Source: Minisyncoccia bacterium (lineage in GTDB: Bacteria > Patescibacteriota > Minisyncoccia > UBA6257 > 2-01-FULL-56-20). From it: DNA of 64,000 bases. Each line of letters starts with the position of its first letter. Position 1 is the first letter of the stretch. The notes beneath the pieces are model-generated. The model was not told the origin of the DNA, ran no database searches, and saw only the letters and a list, made by a program, of their open reading frames with translations. The DNA lies in NCBI GenBank assembly GCA_049997875.1, contig JBEKRC010000003.1, forward strand, positions 18,725 to 82,724, in the 5' to 3' direction. This document shows, one piece after another, positions 9,469 to 18,497 of the stretch. A program made the translations under genes and the position numbers.

Positions 9469-9873
9469 CTACAAATTTTCCCTTGTGATTTTTTGGAGAA
9501 TTGCGACGAACATCGCGCGCTCCTTCGGCGTGAGCACCGCAAACATTTTTTTTAGCCGCACCATTTTGTTGCGGATGCCTTGTGCAAGGAATGCCTTTCC
9601 GCGAGCGGTAAGCGTGACGCGCACCGCGCGCCGGTCTTTTTTGTCAAACGATCGCGCGAGCAACTTGTCTTTTACGAGTCCGTCAATGAGAAGCGTTGCT
9701 GCCGGCGGCGTCACGCGAAGGTACCGCGCGACGTCATGCATGAAGGGACGGCCCTCTTTCTGCACATACCGAAGCGTGTGGAAATGCAACATGGAGTATG
9801 CGTGGCGCTCGTCCCGCATGCGGCGGCCGATGCAGAAGAGCAGGGAAAGGATTGTAACGTTCTTGGAAGACAT
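9469..9873 (-). CDS. MarR-family transcriptional regulator
   Basis: 134 aa. Winged-HTH region ...VARYLRVTPPAATLLIDGLVKDKLLARSFDKKDRRAVRVTLTARG... Transcribed divergently from the PPDK_N-domain gene. Confidence 0.7.
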   Translation of the reverse strand: MSSKNVTILSLLFCIGRRMRDERHAYSMLHFHTLRYVQKEGRPFMHDVARYLRVTPPAATLLIDGLVKDKLLARSFDKKDRRAVRVTLTARGKAFLAQGIRNKMVRLKKMFAVLTPKERAMFVAILQKITRENL

Positions 9874-10053
9874 TGATAATTAGGTTACTTAACTATTATG
9901 CGGCGCGGGGGCGAGAAATGCAAGGGATGGACAAAATCATTAAACTCTGCTTCAATGCGCTCAGCGCAACCTCATTAGGGGGTTGTTTCGTCCCGCTCTT
10001 TTACATCATTACGCGGCACGCAAAAAAACCAAGCAGGACAGGAGGAATAGTAT

Positions 10054-11823
10054 ATGAAGCAGGGACTTTTCGAGGTCTTTGGAAACGGAGAACTCGGCCT
10101 GAAGGCCGACGATCTGAACCGATACCGCGAAACGATCGCGGATGCCGGAATGACCATCCCCGAAGGGATAGTGATCGCAACCGGTATCTTTGATCAACTC
10201 GCGGAGCACTTTAACCTTGCCGAAGGAATCCCGCCCGAAGACATCGAAAAGCATAGCTGCCCAAGATACCTCCGGTCCATCAATAAAGAAATTCTTGATC
10301 GGATGGAGGCGGGCAGACCTTACGCGATTCGTTCTTCGGCACTTTCCGAAAGCGGCGGAACCGGCATCTATAAATCCACGTTCTTTTGGCCAAAGGGCGA
10401 CAGAGCCAGAGACGCAAAGGAACTGTGGGCTTCCGAATGCGCAGTGTACGCGAGCGAGTTCAGCAAGAACGCGAGGCTCTGGAGGGAACGGAATCATGCT
10501 CCGAAAGGGATGGCGATCCTGATACAACCTGTGCCGGGATTTTGCTTCCCTGAAGGATTCCTCCCGCCGCTGTCGGGCATTGCGTACACGTCTTACCACG
10601 GACTGCCGATGACCCAAACGGTGGTGGGACTCGGCACCCGCGCGGTCAAAGGCGAGGGGGTCGTTCACCACGAACCAACAGATCACCTCATTTACGAATT
10701 ACAGAGGCAGGACAGCGCTGATGTTATCACCCCGGAAGGAATTGTGGAAATCAGCGCCGATTACGACGAAATCTGGAATGAAATCGCACCTTGCTCCGAA
10801 GCCCACTGCAAGCTATTCGCTTCTGTTGTAGAACTCGGGAAGCAGCAGGGTCTCTACCTCGAATGGGCAATTTATCAAGGACAAATCTTCGTCGTGCAAT
10901 GTGCTCCGTTCGAAGATCGGCTGCCGGGGAACCTTTCCCTAGACGGTCACGACTATTTACTACTGCTGAAGGGAAACGACGTTTTCGGCTCTGGCTATGC
11001 GAGCTGCAAGGGTGTGGTATTCGTTCGCAACTGGGAACCCAAGACTCAGCGCATGCTGGAACATCTCAATGAAACGACAAAAGATTTCCTGCTGATCGTT
11101 CCACAGGAGGCGTCATCAACGAAATTCGATTTCGGAGTATACGACCCGGAAAGCAGCCTGGAGTTCCAACGGCTCGGTTTTTCCCATTTCAGCAACTCTC
11201 TCGCAGTCATAGAGAGACAAGGGGAATATAGCGAGTCGGACATCATGAACATGAAACTGCTCGGCATACGTTTTGCGGACCATTCGCAAGGACGCGGAGC
11301 TTCACACTTTTCTCAGCTCTGCAACCGAATGAATATTCTGTTTATCGGAGCGAAATTCGACCTAACGCCCCTCTTCAATCTCCCTGGTGCAATGGATTAC
11401 GGAGAAGGCGTCGGTATCACGCTCTGGGATACCGCTGCGGAAGTAGTGGTTGACGAAACGAAGAAAGAAGGCTTCGTCTACGTCTCGAAACGAACCGAGC
11501 GGAAGGACTATTCCCTGAATCAAGTCAGAGAGTACGTCCTTTCCTTGCGGGCTATCGCTAACCAAATCAGTGATTCCGGCAATTACAAGCTGGCCAATTG
11601 TTTCTACGCTGTTCACTACGCCATCGGGCACGGTGATGATCCTCTCAGATTTGATCCGTTCGCTCTCGACAAAGAGGTGGTCGAAAAGGCCGGTGGTCCA
11701 GAAAAGTTCATTGAGGGATTGAACTTGGTTCTTGCAAGCGGCCCTCAATGTGTCGCCAATGGTGAATGGAACGGCGGCCTGAAAGACTATCTTGAGCGAC
11801 TCCTCGCTCATCTCACAAAATAA
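10054..11823 (+). CDS. protein with PEP-utilising-enzyme N-terminal ATP-binding (PPDK_N / PEP-synthase N-terminal) domain; predicted small-molecule kinase/dikinase-like enzyme, but no phosphohistidine swivel domain
   Basis: 589 aa. Strong SD AGGAGG 8 nt upstream of the ATG. N-terminal region ...AIRSSALSESGGTGIYKST... resembles the VRSSATAED...SFAGQ nucleotide-binding signature of the PPDK_N domain. No GGRTSHAAI-type His domain was found. Confidence 0.5.
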   Translation: MKQGLFEVFGNGELGLKADDLNRYRETIADAGMTIPEGIVIATGIFDQLAEHFNLAEGIPPEDIEKHSCPRYLRSINKEILDRMEAGRPYAIRSSALSESGGTGIYKSTFFWPKGDRARDAKELWASECAVYASEFSKNARLWRERNHAPKGMAILIQPVPGFCFPEGFLPPLSGIAYTSYHGLPMTQTVVGLGTRAVKGEGVVHHEPTDHLIYELQRQDSADVITPEGIVEISADYDEIWNEIAPCSEAHCKLFASVVELGKQQGLYLEWAIYQGQIFVVQCAPFEDRLPGNLSLDGHDYLLLLKGNDVFGSGYASCKGVVFVRNWEPKTQRMLEHLNETTKDFLLIVPQEASSTKFDFGVYDPESSLEFQRLGFSHFSNSLAVIERQGEYSESDIMNMKLLGIRFADHSQGRGASHFSQLCNRMNILFIGAKFDLTPLFNLPGAMDYGEGVGITLWDTAAEVVVDETKKEGFVYVSKRTERKDYSLNQVREYVLSLRAIANQISDSGNYKLANCFYAVHYAIGHGDDPLRFDPFALDKEVVEKAGGPEKFIEGLNLVLASGPQCVANGEWNGGLKDYLERLLAHLTK

Positions 11824-11869
11824 GCGGTCTGGGCGGGCTTCCTCACAAGGGAACGCCCGCCTTTTCCAT

Positions 11870-12319
11870 TTACTGGCCCGACGGGGCGACGCCACTCCCG
11901 CCGCCATTGCTGCTCCCGGGGCCGGGCGCATTGCCTCCGCGCACCTGGATGGTCTGCGCCGTCACGCTTCCGTCGGAATTCTGTGTCCCTCCGATGATCA
12001 CGCTCGTCCCTGGCGTAAGGTCGCTGACCGACGCCGCTGACGGCTTGATAACCGACGTGGAACTGGAATAGAACACAACCTCCGAATTGCCGTTCGCAAG
12101 CTGTACCGTCAGGCTTTGCGCGTCCTTGGAAATGATACTGCCAGTCACAAATCCGCCGCCGCTCCCCGTGCGACCGGTCCCGCTACGCGTTGAGCTCGCA
12201 AAGGCGCCGCGCCCCGCAAACGAAGGGGAAGCTGTCGCCTTTCCATAATACATGCCGCCAACGAATGCCACGATCGCGACGACAAACCAGACGATATGCA
12301 CGATATATTTTTTCACCAT
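11870..12319 (-). CDS. small N-terminally membrane-anchored protein (DUF5666-like), paralog of 16353-16835
   Basis: 149 aa. One TM helix, then a beta-rich domain ...SLTVQLANGNSEVVFYS...GTSVIIGGTQNSDGSVTAQTIQVR that aligns with the ORF at 16353-16835. Gly/Ser-rich C-terminus. Confidence 0.45.
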   Translation of the reverse strand: MVKKYIVHIVWFVVAIVAFVGGMYYGKATASPSFAGRGAFASSTRSGTGRTGSGGGFVTGSIISKDAQSLTVQLANGNSEVVFYSSSTSVIKPSAASVSDLTPGTSVIIGGTQNSDGSVTAQTIQVRGGNAPGPGSSNGGGSGVAPSGQ

Positions 12320-12351
12320 TTTTTAATAATTGCATTTATAAACGACCTTTT

Positions 12352-12505
12352 GCGCTTCTGACGAAGCTATCTCTTACGAGGGCATCTCGGAGCCGCAACG
12401 GCTTGAGGCAACCTTTAGGTTGCCTGTTGCGGCGAGAGCGAGGCGCATTTCCCCGCTGGAGGAAATGACGCCGTCCCTCGTAAGAGATAGCTTTGTCAGA
12501 AGCGC
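12352..12505 (+). repeat. structured inverted-repeat element, copy 1 (31-bp outer stem enclosing a conserved core of about 90 nt)
   Basis: Arms 12352-12382 and 12475-12505 are reverse complements with one G:T position. The core is shared with 18900-19039 (inverted) and 54206-54351. Confidence 0.7.
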
Positions 12506-12510
12506 ATTTA

Positions 12511-13752
12511 TCATTCGTATCGCAACGCTTCAATGGGACTCAACCCTGCCGCGCGACGCGCGGGATAATAGCCAAAAATGATGCCGATGGCCGCGGAAAC
12601 GCCGAACGCAAGGATGATGGAACTCAGTGACACGCTGGTCGCAATGGACGTGAAATACGTGACCAAGAACGCGATCAGCCATCCAAGAATGATCCCAACT
12701 ATCCCGCCGACAAAGGTCAACATGACGGATTCGGCGAGAAACTGCAGCGTGATATCCTTCTTCTTTGCGCCAATCGCTTTGCGCAGGCCGATCTCGCGCG
12801 TGCGCTCGGTGACCGTTGTGAGCATCATGTTCATGATGCCGATGCCGCCGACGAGGAGCGAGATGCCCGCAATCGCGGCGAGAAGCGTCGTGAAGGTGCC
12901 CGTCACCGAAGACGCCGCCGCCACGATATCTGCCTGGTTCAGGACGTTGAAATCAGCGAGGGTCGGATCGGAAATATTATGCCGCTGCAACAATAAACTT
13001 GTAATGTCGTTCTGCACCTGCGTCATAGCCGATTGATCGGTCGCCTCCACGTCGATCTCGGTCACATACGAAGTGCTCCCCAAGAGAAAATGCTGTGCGG
13101 CCGTGAGCGGCACATAGATCATATTGTCCTGGTTATTGAACCCGCTGCCGCCTTTTGATACCGTGACGCCCACCACTTTGAAATCAATGTTTTTGATGCG
13201 AATGGTCTGTCCGATCGCCATGTCGGGCGTCGCCGTTGCGTTCGCGCTCCCGAAAAGATCCTGTAGTACCGTGGGGCCGATCACCGCCACGCGGTTTGAG
13301 ACGGCGACGTCCGCATCGGTGACGAACACGCCCTGAGCCACCTGGACGTTCCGCACCTGCGTATACGCGGCGACGGCGCCGAGCACGCTCGTATTGGTGT
13401 TCGTGCCTTTGTAAAGCACCTGGTACCGCCCGCTTACCTCGGGCGAAACCGCCGCGACGCCTGAAAGCCGTCCGATAGCGGTCGCATCGTCGGGCGTAAG
13501 CGTTTCCGCGCTTCCGCGCCCCGCGCTTACCGTGGACCCGATGGACCGCTGCGCGCCGGGCATGACGAGCAACAAGTTGGAACCGATGGATTGGATGCTT
13601 GATTGGATGGAACTCTGCGCTCCCTGTCCGATTGCCTGCAAGGCGATCACGGACGCAATGCCGATTACGATGCCGAGCATCGTAAGCCCCGACCGCACTT
13701 TGTTTACGGTCACGGCGCCATATGTTTCTTCAAAAAGATCTTGCGTGGTCAT
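12511..13752 (-). CDS. ABC transporter permease, MacB/FtsX family
   Basis: 413 aa. N-terminal TM helix, large periplasmic domain, C-terminal FtsX-type 3 TM helices. Confidence 0.8.
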   Translation of the reverse strand: MTTQDLFEETYGAVTVNKVRSGLTMLGIVIGIASVIALQAIGQGAQSSIQSSIQSIGSNLLLVMPGAQRSIGSTVSAGRGSAETLTPDDATAIGRLSGVAAVSPEVSGRYQVLYKGTNTNTSVLGAVAAYTQVRNVQVAQGVFVTDADVAVSNRVAVIGPTVLQDLFGSANATATPDMAIGQTIRIKNIDFKVVGVTVSKGGSGFNNQDNMIYVPLTAAQHFLLGSTSYVTEIDVEATDQSAMTQVQNDITSLLLQRHNISDPTLADFNVLNQADIVAAASSVTGTFTTLLAAIAGISLLVGGIGIMNMMLTTVTERTREIGLRKAIGAKKKDITLQFLAESVMLTFVGGIVGIILGWLIAFLVTYFTSIATSVSLSSIILAFGVSAAIGIIFGYYPARRAAGLSPIEALRYE

Positions 13753-13760
13753 GGTAAAAG

Positions 13761-14492
13761 TTATTGCAATTCTTTTTCGTGGCGCGCAATAAGTTTATGA
13801 TGATTTTTTTCGTCGCTTAAAATATTTCCGTCGCGGATATGGATGATACGGTCCGAATGTCTGGCAATATCTTCTTCATGCGTGATCAAAACGATGGTCT
13901 TGCCATGCTGCATGTTGAGCGTCTGGAACGTGTGCAATACCATCTCGCCGGTTTTTGAATCCAGGTTGCCGGTCGGCTCATCGGCAAGGATGAGCGTTGG
14001 ATTGTTCACGAGCGACCGCGCAACCGCCACGCGCTGCATCATGCCGCCAGAGAGCTGATTGGAATGATATTGCCAGAACTCCTCGGGAAACGCCGAATCG
14101 CGAAGCGCTTTCGCGGCAATCACATCCCGTTTTTCTTTGGCAACCCCTTCGTAGATGAGCGGCAGGGAAACATTGCGTAGTACGGTCGTCCTCGGCAAAA
14201 GATTAAACGCCTGAAATATGAACCCTATTTTTTCGCGGCGGATGTCGGCGAGCTCATCATCCGAAAGTTCCGCAATATTCTTACCGTCCAAAAAATACTC
14301 GCCGCCCGAGGGCGTATCCAACGCGCCCAAAATGTGCATAAGGGTTGACTTGCCCGATCCCGACGGCCCCATGACGGCGACGAACTCCCCCTCCCCGATG
14401 GAAAACGTAATGCCTTTCAGAACTTCAGTGTCTATGCCGCCGGTGTGATAGGTCTTCCTGATATCTTTGCATTCAATGATGGTATCCTTCAT
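13761..14492 (-). CDS. ABC transporter ATP-binding protein (MacB/LolD type)
   Basis: Walker A GPSGSGKST, signature LSGGMMQRVAVARSL, Walker B ILADEPTGNLD. 4-nt overlap with the adaptor gene. Confidence 0.85.
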   Translation of the reverse strand: MKDTIIECKDIRKTYHTGGIDTEVLKGITFSIGEGEFVAVMGPSGSGKSTLMHILGALDTPSGGEYFLDGKNIAELSDDELADIRREKIGFIFQAFNLLPRTTVLRNVSLPLIYEGVAKEKRDVIAAKALRDSAFPEEFWQYHSNQLSGGMMQRVAVARSLVNNPTLILADEPTGNLDSKTGEMVLHTFQTLNMQHGKTIVLITHEEDIARHSDRIIHIRDGNILSDEKNHHKLIARHEKELQ

Positions 14493-16333
14493 CTTCCGGT
14501 AGTGCCGCCGGCCGCACCGCCGCCGGTCGTAATGCGGGCACCGCCGCCGCCAAGAAGCCCGCCGCCAAGGCTGCGCAATACACTCGTACCGCCGGTGGAT
14601 GCCGCCGCACTCGCCGCCGTCGTCTGCAGCGTTTGCACAATGATCTGGTCGCCCTCGTTCACCCCGGAAGTGATCTCCGTGAGCGTGTCATCGGAAAGCC
14701 CGGTCGTGACTGGCACGCGCTTTACGGCGGGCAATTCCACGCCGCCCGAGATACTCGCCGCAAGCGTGGAGCTTGAAACCGGCGTCGCGGGCTCCGATAC
14801 GTAGCTCGTCGTCCCCTGCGCCGTGACCGCCGCGTTCGGCACCGCGATGACGTTCTCGCGTACCTGCGTCACAATGTCCGCCGTCACGCTCATCCCAGGT
14901 CTCACCTGGGTTGTTCCCGACGCCTCTGTAAATGCAACTTGTACATTGTAGTTCACGACGCCCTGACTTACCGTCCCCACCGCGTCTATTTCCGACACCG
15001 TGCCCGCAAGCGAAAGGTCGGGAAGGGCATCAAAGGTAAGCGTCGCTTTGTTGCCGAGCGCCACCTTCGCCGCATCTACTTCGTTCAGAGTCACCTCGGC
15101 AAGATCCCCTTGCGTCACCATGCTCACAGCGGGCGACGGCACTGTTGTCCCCACGACGGCAGGAGTGGCGGAGATCACCCCGCCGATCGGCGCGCGGATG
15201 GAACAATACGCGAGGTTCTGCTCCGCGGTCGCAAGCGCATTTTGCGCGCTCTGGATGCTGATCTGTTGGGAAAGAAGGTTAAGCTGTGTCGGGCCCGCGA
15301 CCAATTCCGCGAGCGTCTCGCTCGCCTGCTCAAGCGAAAGCTGGTTGTTCTCAAGGGTATCCTTGTCGTTCGCAATGCCCACGATAACGTTCTCTACGCT
15401 TGAGACGTTGTTGTTGACCGTGCTGATGTCGTTGCCGAAGGTCGTCTGGAACGTGGTCGTGATCGTGGGGAGCGGGGCAAGCCGGTTGTCCTTCGGATAA
15501 TTGTTCACTATGTAGTTTAGGAAATCATTAATCGTCTTCACGCTTGCGCTCACGAGCTGCGTCGTGTGATAAGTCTCCGAAAACAGCGCGTCAAGCGTGG
15601 TGCGGTCCGAACTCCGTGTGGCGGTATGATAGTCGGCCAGGTTTTGCTGGTACGCGGCGAGGGCGGCGCTGTAGCTCGGCGCGACCGCGTCGCCGTACGA
15701 CTGCGCGCTCACCTGAAGATAGGTCGGCATAATGCTTACGTACGCATCGGCATTTTGCTGGTTCTTGTTGATATTGTTCCCAGTCGCGAAGTTGCCTACA
15801 TCCGTAATGACGCTCTGGAGGTTCACGAACACGGACGAGAGCGTGTCAAAGCCGTTCTCATAATCCGAAACAAGCGTCGTAGAAGCATCAAGGGCGCTTT
15901 GCTGCCCTTTTATCACCGCGCTCTGGTCCTGGAGCAAGGTGGTCGTGGATATCTGCTGCAGCTCTGCAAGGGAAAGCTCGGCCGACTGGAGCGACAATTG
16001 CGCCTGATTCACCGCCTTTTGCTCGTTGGTCGTATCCAGCTGCACGAGGAGCTGCCCGGCCGTCACGTGGTCACCCACGCCCACGTACACCTTCGTCACA
16101 TTTTCGGAAACCTGCGGCTTAATGTCTATGGACGTCACCGCCTGAACCTGCCCGCTTCCCGTGACCGAAGAAACGACCGTCCCCTGCGCCGCATTCTCTA
16201 TGACATACTTGGTCACCGTCACCGTGCCCCGCGAGGAAGAATACCAGTAATAGGCGCCGCCAACCACAAGAATCACCACGATGGCGGAGATCACCTTATG
16301 CGCGTATATGCGTTCTCGTAATTTCTTGAACAT
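14489..16333 (-). CDS. periplasmic adaptor (HlyD/membrane-fusion-protein-like) subunit of the ABC efflux system, with Gly-rich C-terminal tail
   Basis: 614 aa. N-terminal TM anchor, long coiled-coil-like Q/A/L-rich central region, beta-barrel-like C-terminal region, then a GGGLLGGGGARITTGGGAAGG tail. Confidence 0.6.
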   Translation of the reverse strand: MFKKLRERIYAHKVISAIVVILVVGGAYYWYSSSRGTVTVTKYVIENAAQGTVVSSVTGSGQVQAVTSIDIKPQVSENVTKVYVGVGDHVTAGQLLVQLDTTNEQKAVNQAQLSLQSAELSLAELQQISTTTLLQDQSAVIKGQQSALDASTTLVSDYENGFDTLSSVFVNLQSVITDVGNFATGNNINKNQQNADAYVSIMPTYLQVSAQSYGDAVAPSYSAALAAYQQNLADYHTATRSSDRTTLDALFSETYHTTQLVSASVKTINDFLNYIVNNYPKDNRLAPLPTITTTFQTTFGNDISTVNNNVSSVENVIVGIANDKDTLENNQLSLEQASETLAELVAGPTQLNLLSQQISIQSAQNALATAEQNLAYCSIRAPIGGVISATPAVVGTTVPSPAVSMVTQGDLAEVTLNEVDAAKVALGNKATLTFDALPDLSLAGTVSEIDAVGTVSQGVVNYNVQVAFTEASGTTQVRPGMSVTADIVTQVRENVIAVPNAAVTAQGTTSYVSEPATPVSSSTLAASISGGVELPAVKRVPVTTGLSDDTLTEITSGVNEGDQIIVQTLQTTAASAAASTGGTSVLRSLGGGLLGGGGARITTGGGAAGGTTGR

Positions 16334-16352
16334 GGAACGTGATTTAGTTTAG

Positions 16353-16835
16353 CTATAGCTGCGGTTGTGGCTGTCCATCGGGCGACGGGGACGACGGCGG
16401 TACGGGGAGAGAAGACGACGACGCGAAGATGCGGACGAATTGCGCTTCAATTTGTCCGTTTTCGTTCGGCGCGCCGATCACGACTACGCCGTTGCCCACG
16501 CGCACGTCGGACAACGCAACGGTTTGATCGGATTCCCGAATCACCGTAGCGGGCATGATCACGACCGAGGATTCGTCGCCGTCGGCATCCCGCACCGAGA
16601 GCGTAGAGCTTGCCACGTCAATCACCTCTCCCGCCACCCCGTGCCCATTCACCATACGTCCTGGCGGAAATTCACCAAAAAAATTGCGGTAGTAATTTTC
16701 GCCGAACCGGCCAACATAGAAAGCCCCGTGATATCCTACGAGCACTCCCGCACCGAACACAAGGAGTACCACGATGGCCGCCCCCAATATCCAAAGGATT
16801 GTCCGCGTTTTTGAAGATTGCAAAAGATCTTTCAT
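16353..16835 (-). CDS. small membrane-anchored protein (DUF5666-like), paralog of 11870-12319
   Basis: 160 aa. TM helix, then ...STLSVRDADGDESSVVIMPATVIRE...VRVGNGVVVIGAPNENGQIEAQFVRI that aligns with the 149-aa protein. Pro/Ser-rich tail. Confidence 0.45.
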   Translation of the reverse strand: MKDLLQSSKTRTILWILGAAIVVLLVFGAGVLVGYHGAFYVGRFGENYYRNFFGEFPPGRMVNGHGVAGEVIDVASSTLSVRDADGDESSVVIMPATVIRESDQTVALSDVRVGNGVVVIGAPNENGQIEAQFVRIFASSSSLPVPPSSPSPDGQPQPQL

Positions 16836-16854
16836 ATTGTTTCAGATTTTTCCG

Positions 16855-17283
16855 CTACGACAGCATTGAAAACATATGCCGCCCGCGCATAGACACCATC
16901 TCGCCTATGAAGTGCGCTGCCGACCATACGGCGACAAAAATCCCGGAGAGGAGGACCGCAGCGGAAAACACCGGAAACGACTCCACGGCGGAAAGCACGA
17001 AGTCGGAAAAGCTTGCGAGCACCGCGGAGGAATCGGAGAACAAAAGCGAAGCAAACATCACGAACCCCGACCGCGATGCCTCTTGCACCACGTCCACCGC
17101 CCCATATACGATGAGCGCGACGGAAGCCGCAAGCAGCACGCCGGATGCAATGGTTTTTATCATCAGGCGCAGGCGCTCTTCTTTCTCAATCCGAAGCAAA
17201 ATCCGCCGCGCCAAGTCGGCGGACGGCACAAGCGTCTCTCCTTCAATGCTCGAAAAAATCTTCTTCATCTGCTCATCACCCAT
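16855..17283 (-). CDS. putative membrane anti-sigma factor (3 TM) cognate to the upstream ECF sigma
   Basis: 142 aa and hydrophobic, lying immediately downstream of the ECF sigma gene on the same strand. The assignment rests on context only. Confidence 0.35.
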   Translation of the reverse strand: MGDEQMKKIFSSIEGETLVPSADLARRILLRIEKEERLRLMIKTIASGVLLAASVALIVYGAVDVVQEASRSGFVMFASLLFSDSSAVLASFSDFVLSAVESFPVFSAAVLLSGIFVAVWSAAHFIGEMVSMRGRHMFSMLS

Positions 17284-17327
17284 AGTTATTGCTACGAAAC
17301 AACGGCTCTTTTTGGTGCGTGTTTCCT

Positions 17328-17912
17328 TTAGGCGAAACTTGACCCGGTAGCGTCTCCCAAGATCACCCGCCGGAGGAGTATGATCCCCCGCCGGTGTTTA
17401 CTTTTTACCGTATCAATGGGTTCCCCCAACGTTTCCGCGATCTCACGAAACTTAAGATGATCGCGGTAGCGCATGGCAAGCACCATCCGATACCCGGGCG
17501 GGAGAGCTCCCAGGGCGCGTTCAATGTCCGCCGCCACCATCTTGCGTTGAAGTATGGTGTCGGGAAGCTCCTGCGCGCCAACGTACGGAGCTAAAAGCAC
17601 GTCAAGCTGGTCGTCATCCTCGTTGATCTGCGAGAACAAAAGCGGTTTCTTCTTTTTGATAAGGTCGAGCGCGGCGTTCTTTGCGATCGTAAAAATCCAT
17701 GTCTTGAAATTCTTTGTCGTATCAAACCGTTTGAGGTTTCTCCACGCGCGCACGAACGTTTCCTGCGTCACATCCTCAGCATCCTCGCCGTGGCGGAGGT
17801 AACGGTAGGCAAATCTATATACCCCGTCCATATGGCGCGCCAAGAGCGCGGGGAATGCATCCTTATCCCCCGCGAGAACCGCACGCACAAGCTCCGCATC
17901 TGTTTGCTCCAT
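17328..17912 (-). CDS. ECF-type RNA polymerase sigma factor (sigma-70 family, group 4)
   Basis: 194 aa. Region 2 ...DAEDVTQETFVRAWRNLKRF... and region 4 ...YRMVLAMRYRDHLKFREIAETLGEPIDTVKSKHRRG... Confidence 0.8.
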   Translation of the reverse strand: MEQTDAELVRAVLAGDKDAFPALLARHMDGVYRFAYRYLRHGEDAEDVTQETFVRAWRNLKRFDTTKNFKTWIFTIAKNAALDLIKKKKPLLFSQINEDDDQLDVLLAPYVGAQELPDTILQRKMVAADIERALGALPPGYRMVLAMRYRDHLKFREIAETLGEPIDTVKSKHRRGIILLRRVILGDATGSSFA

Positions 17913-17936
17913 AGTAATAGTATTGGTATCCTGTCC

Positions 17937-18497
17937 CTAATTCTCGCGCGCATAAAGCCCGACGAGCTCCGTCTCCGCAAGAAGATGCCTGCTCGTTGCT
18001 GCTTCAAGTTCCGCCTTGCCGGAAGTACTTGCAAGGTGAAGCACGGCATCCAGCGCGTAAAGATGAAACTCGTAATGGTGCGTCCCCGATGGCGGGCAGG
18101 GACCGACATACCCCGCGCGCCCCGCGTCGTTTCTTCCCCCCACGCTTCCTGGAGGCACCCCATTCTCCGCAATGGCCGTCGTCGCAGGATTGATGTTCCA
18201 AACAACCCAATGGGTAAATCCACCCGCGCGCGGCGCATCCGGGTCGTGCATGATAAGCGCCAGACTTTTCGCGTCCGTGGGCACTCCTTCGATTCGCAAC
18301 TCCGGACTCGTGCCGCTCCCGTCGCATGTGAACTTCGCGGGAATCATCCCGCCGTTTTCAAATGATGGACTGGCAATAATCATCGTAGTTATTTTCGGTT
18401 CTCTTGACCCTTGCCGCGACAATGCCCAAAGCGCTACCGCGCCGAGTGCCGCAAACAAGATCACCGCAATTATAATGTTTTTTCTCACGCGCATCAA
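17937..18497 (-). CDS. PEBP/YbhB/YbcL-family (Raf-kinase-inhibitor-like) protein with signal peptide
   Basis: Motifs ...LALIMHDPDAP... and ...YVGPCPPSGTHHYEFHLYALD... characteristic of bacterial PEBP proteins. Confidence 0.7.
   Translation of the reverse strand: MMRVRKNIIIAVILFAALGAVALWALSRQGSREPKITTMIIASPSFENGGMIPAKFTCDGSGTSPELRIEGVPTDAKSLALIMHDPDAPRAGGFTHWVVWNINPATTAIAENGVPPGSVGGRNDAGRAGYVGPCPPSGTHHYEFHLYALDAVLHLASTSGKAELEAATSRHLLAETELVGLYAREN

Noticed and set aside
11362-11931. 189-aa minus-strand ORF overlapping the 3' end of the PPDK_N-domain gene
   Set aside because: It is antisense to a long, coherent, SD-preceded gene, has Arg/Ala-rich composition typical of GC-rich antisense frames, and has no motif. 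The same reasoning rejects the other long antisense ORFs inside uvrA (25601-26359), secA (37127-38062, 38363-39016), dnaE (55030-55515, 55993-56748, 56758-57717), ftsI (46447-47370), rsmH (48143-48904) and the adaptor gene (15566-16321).
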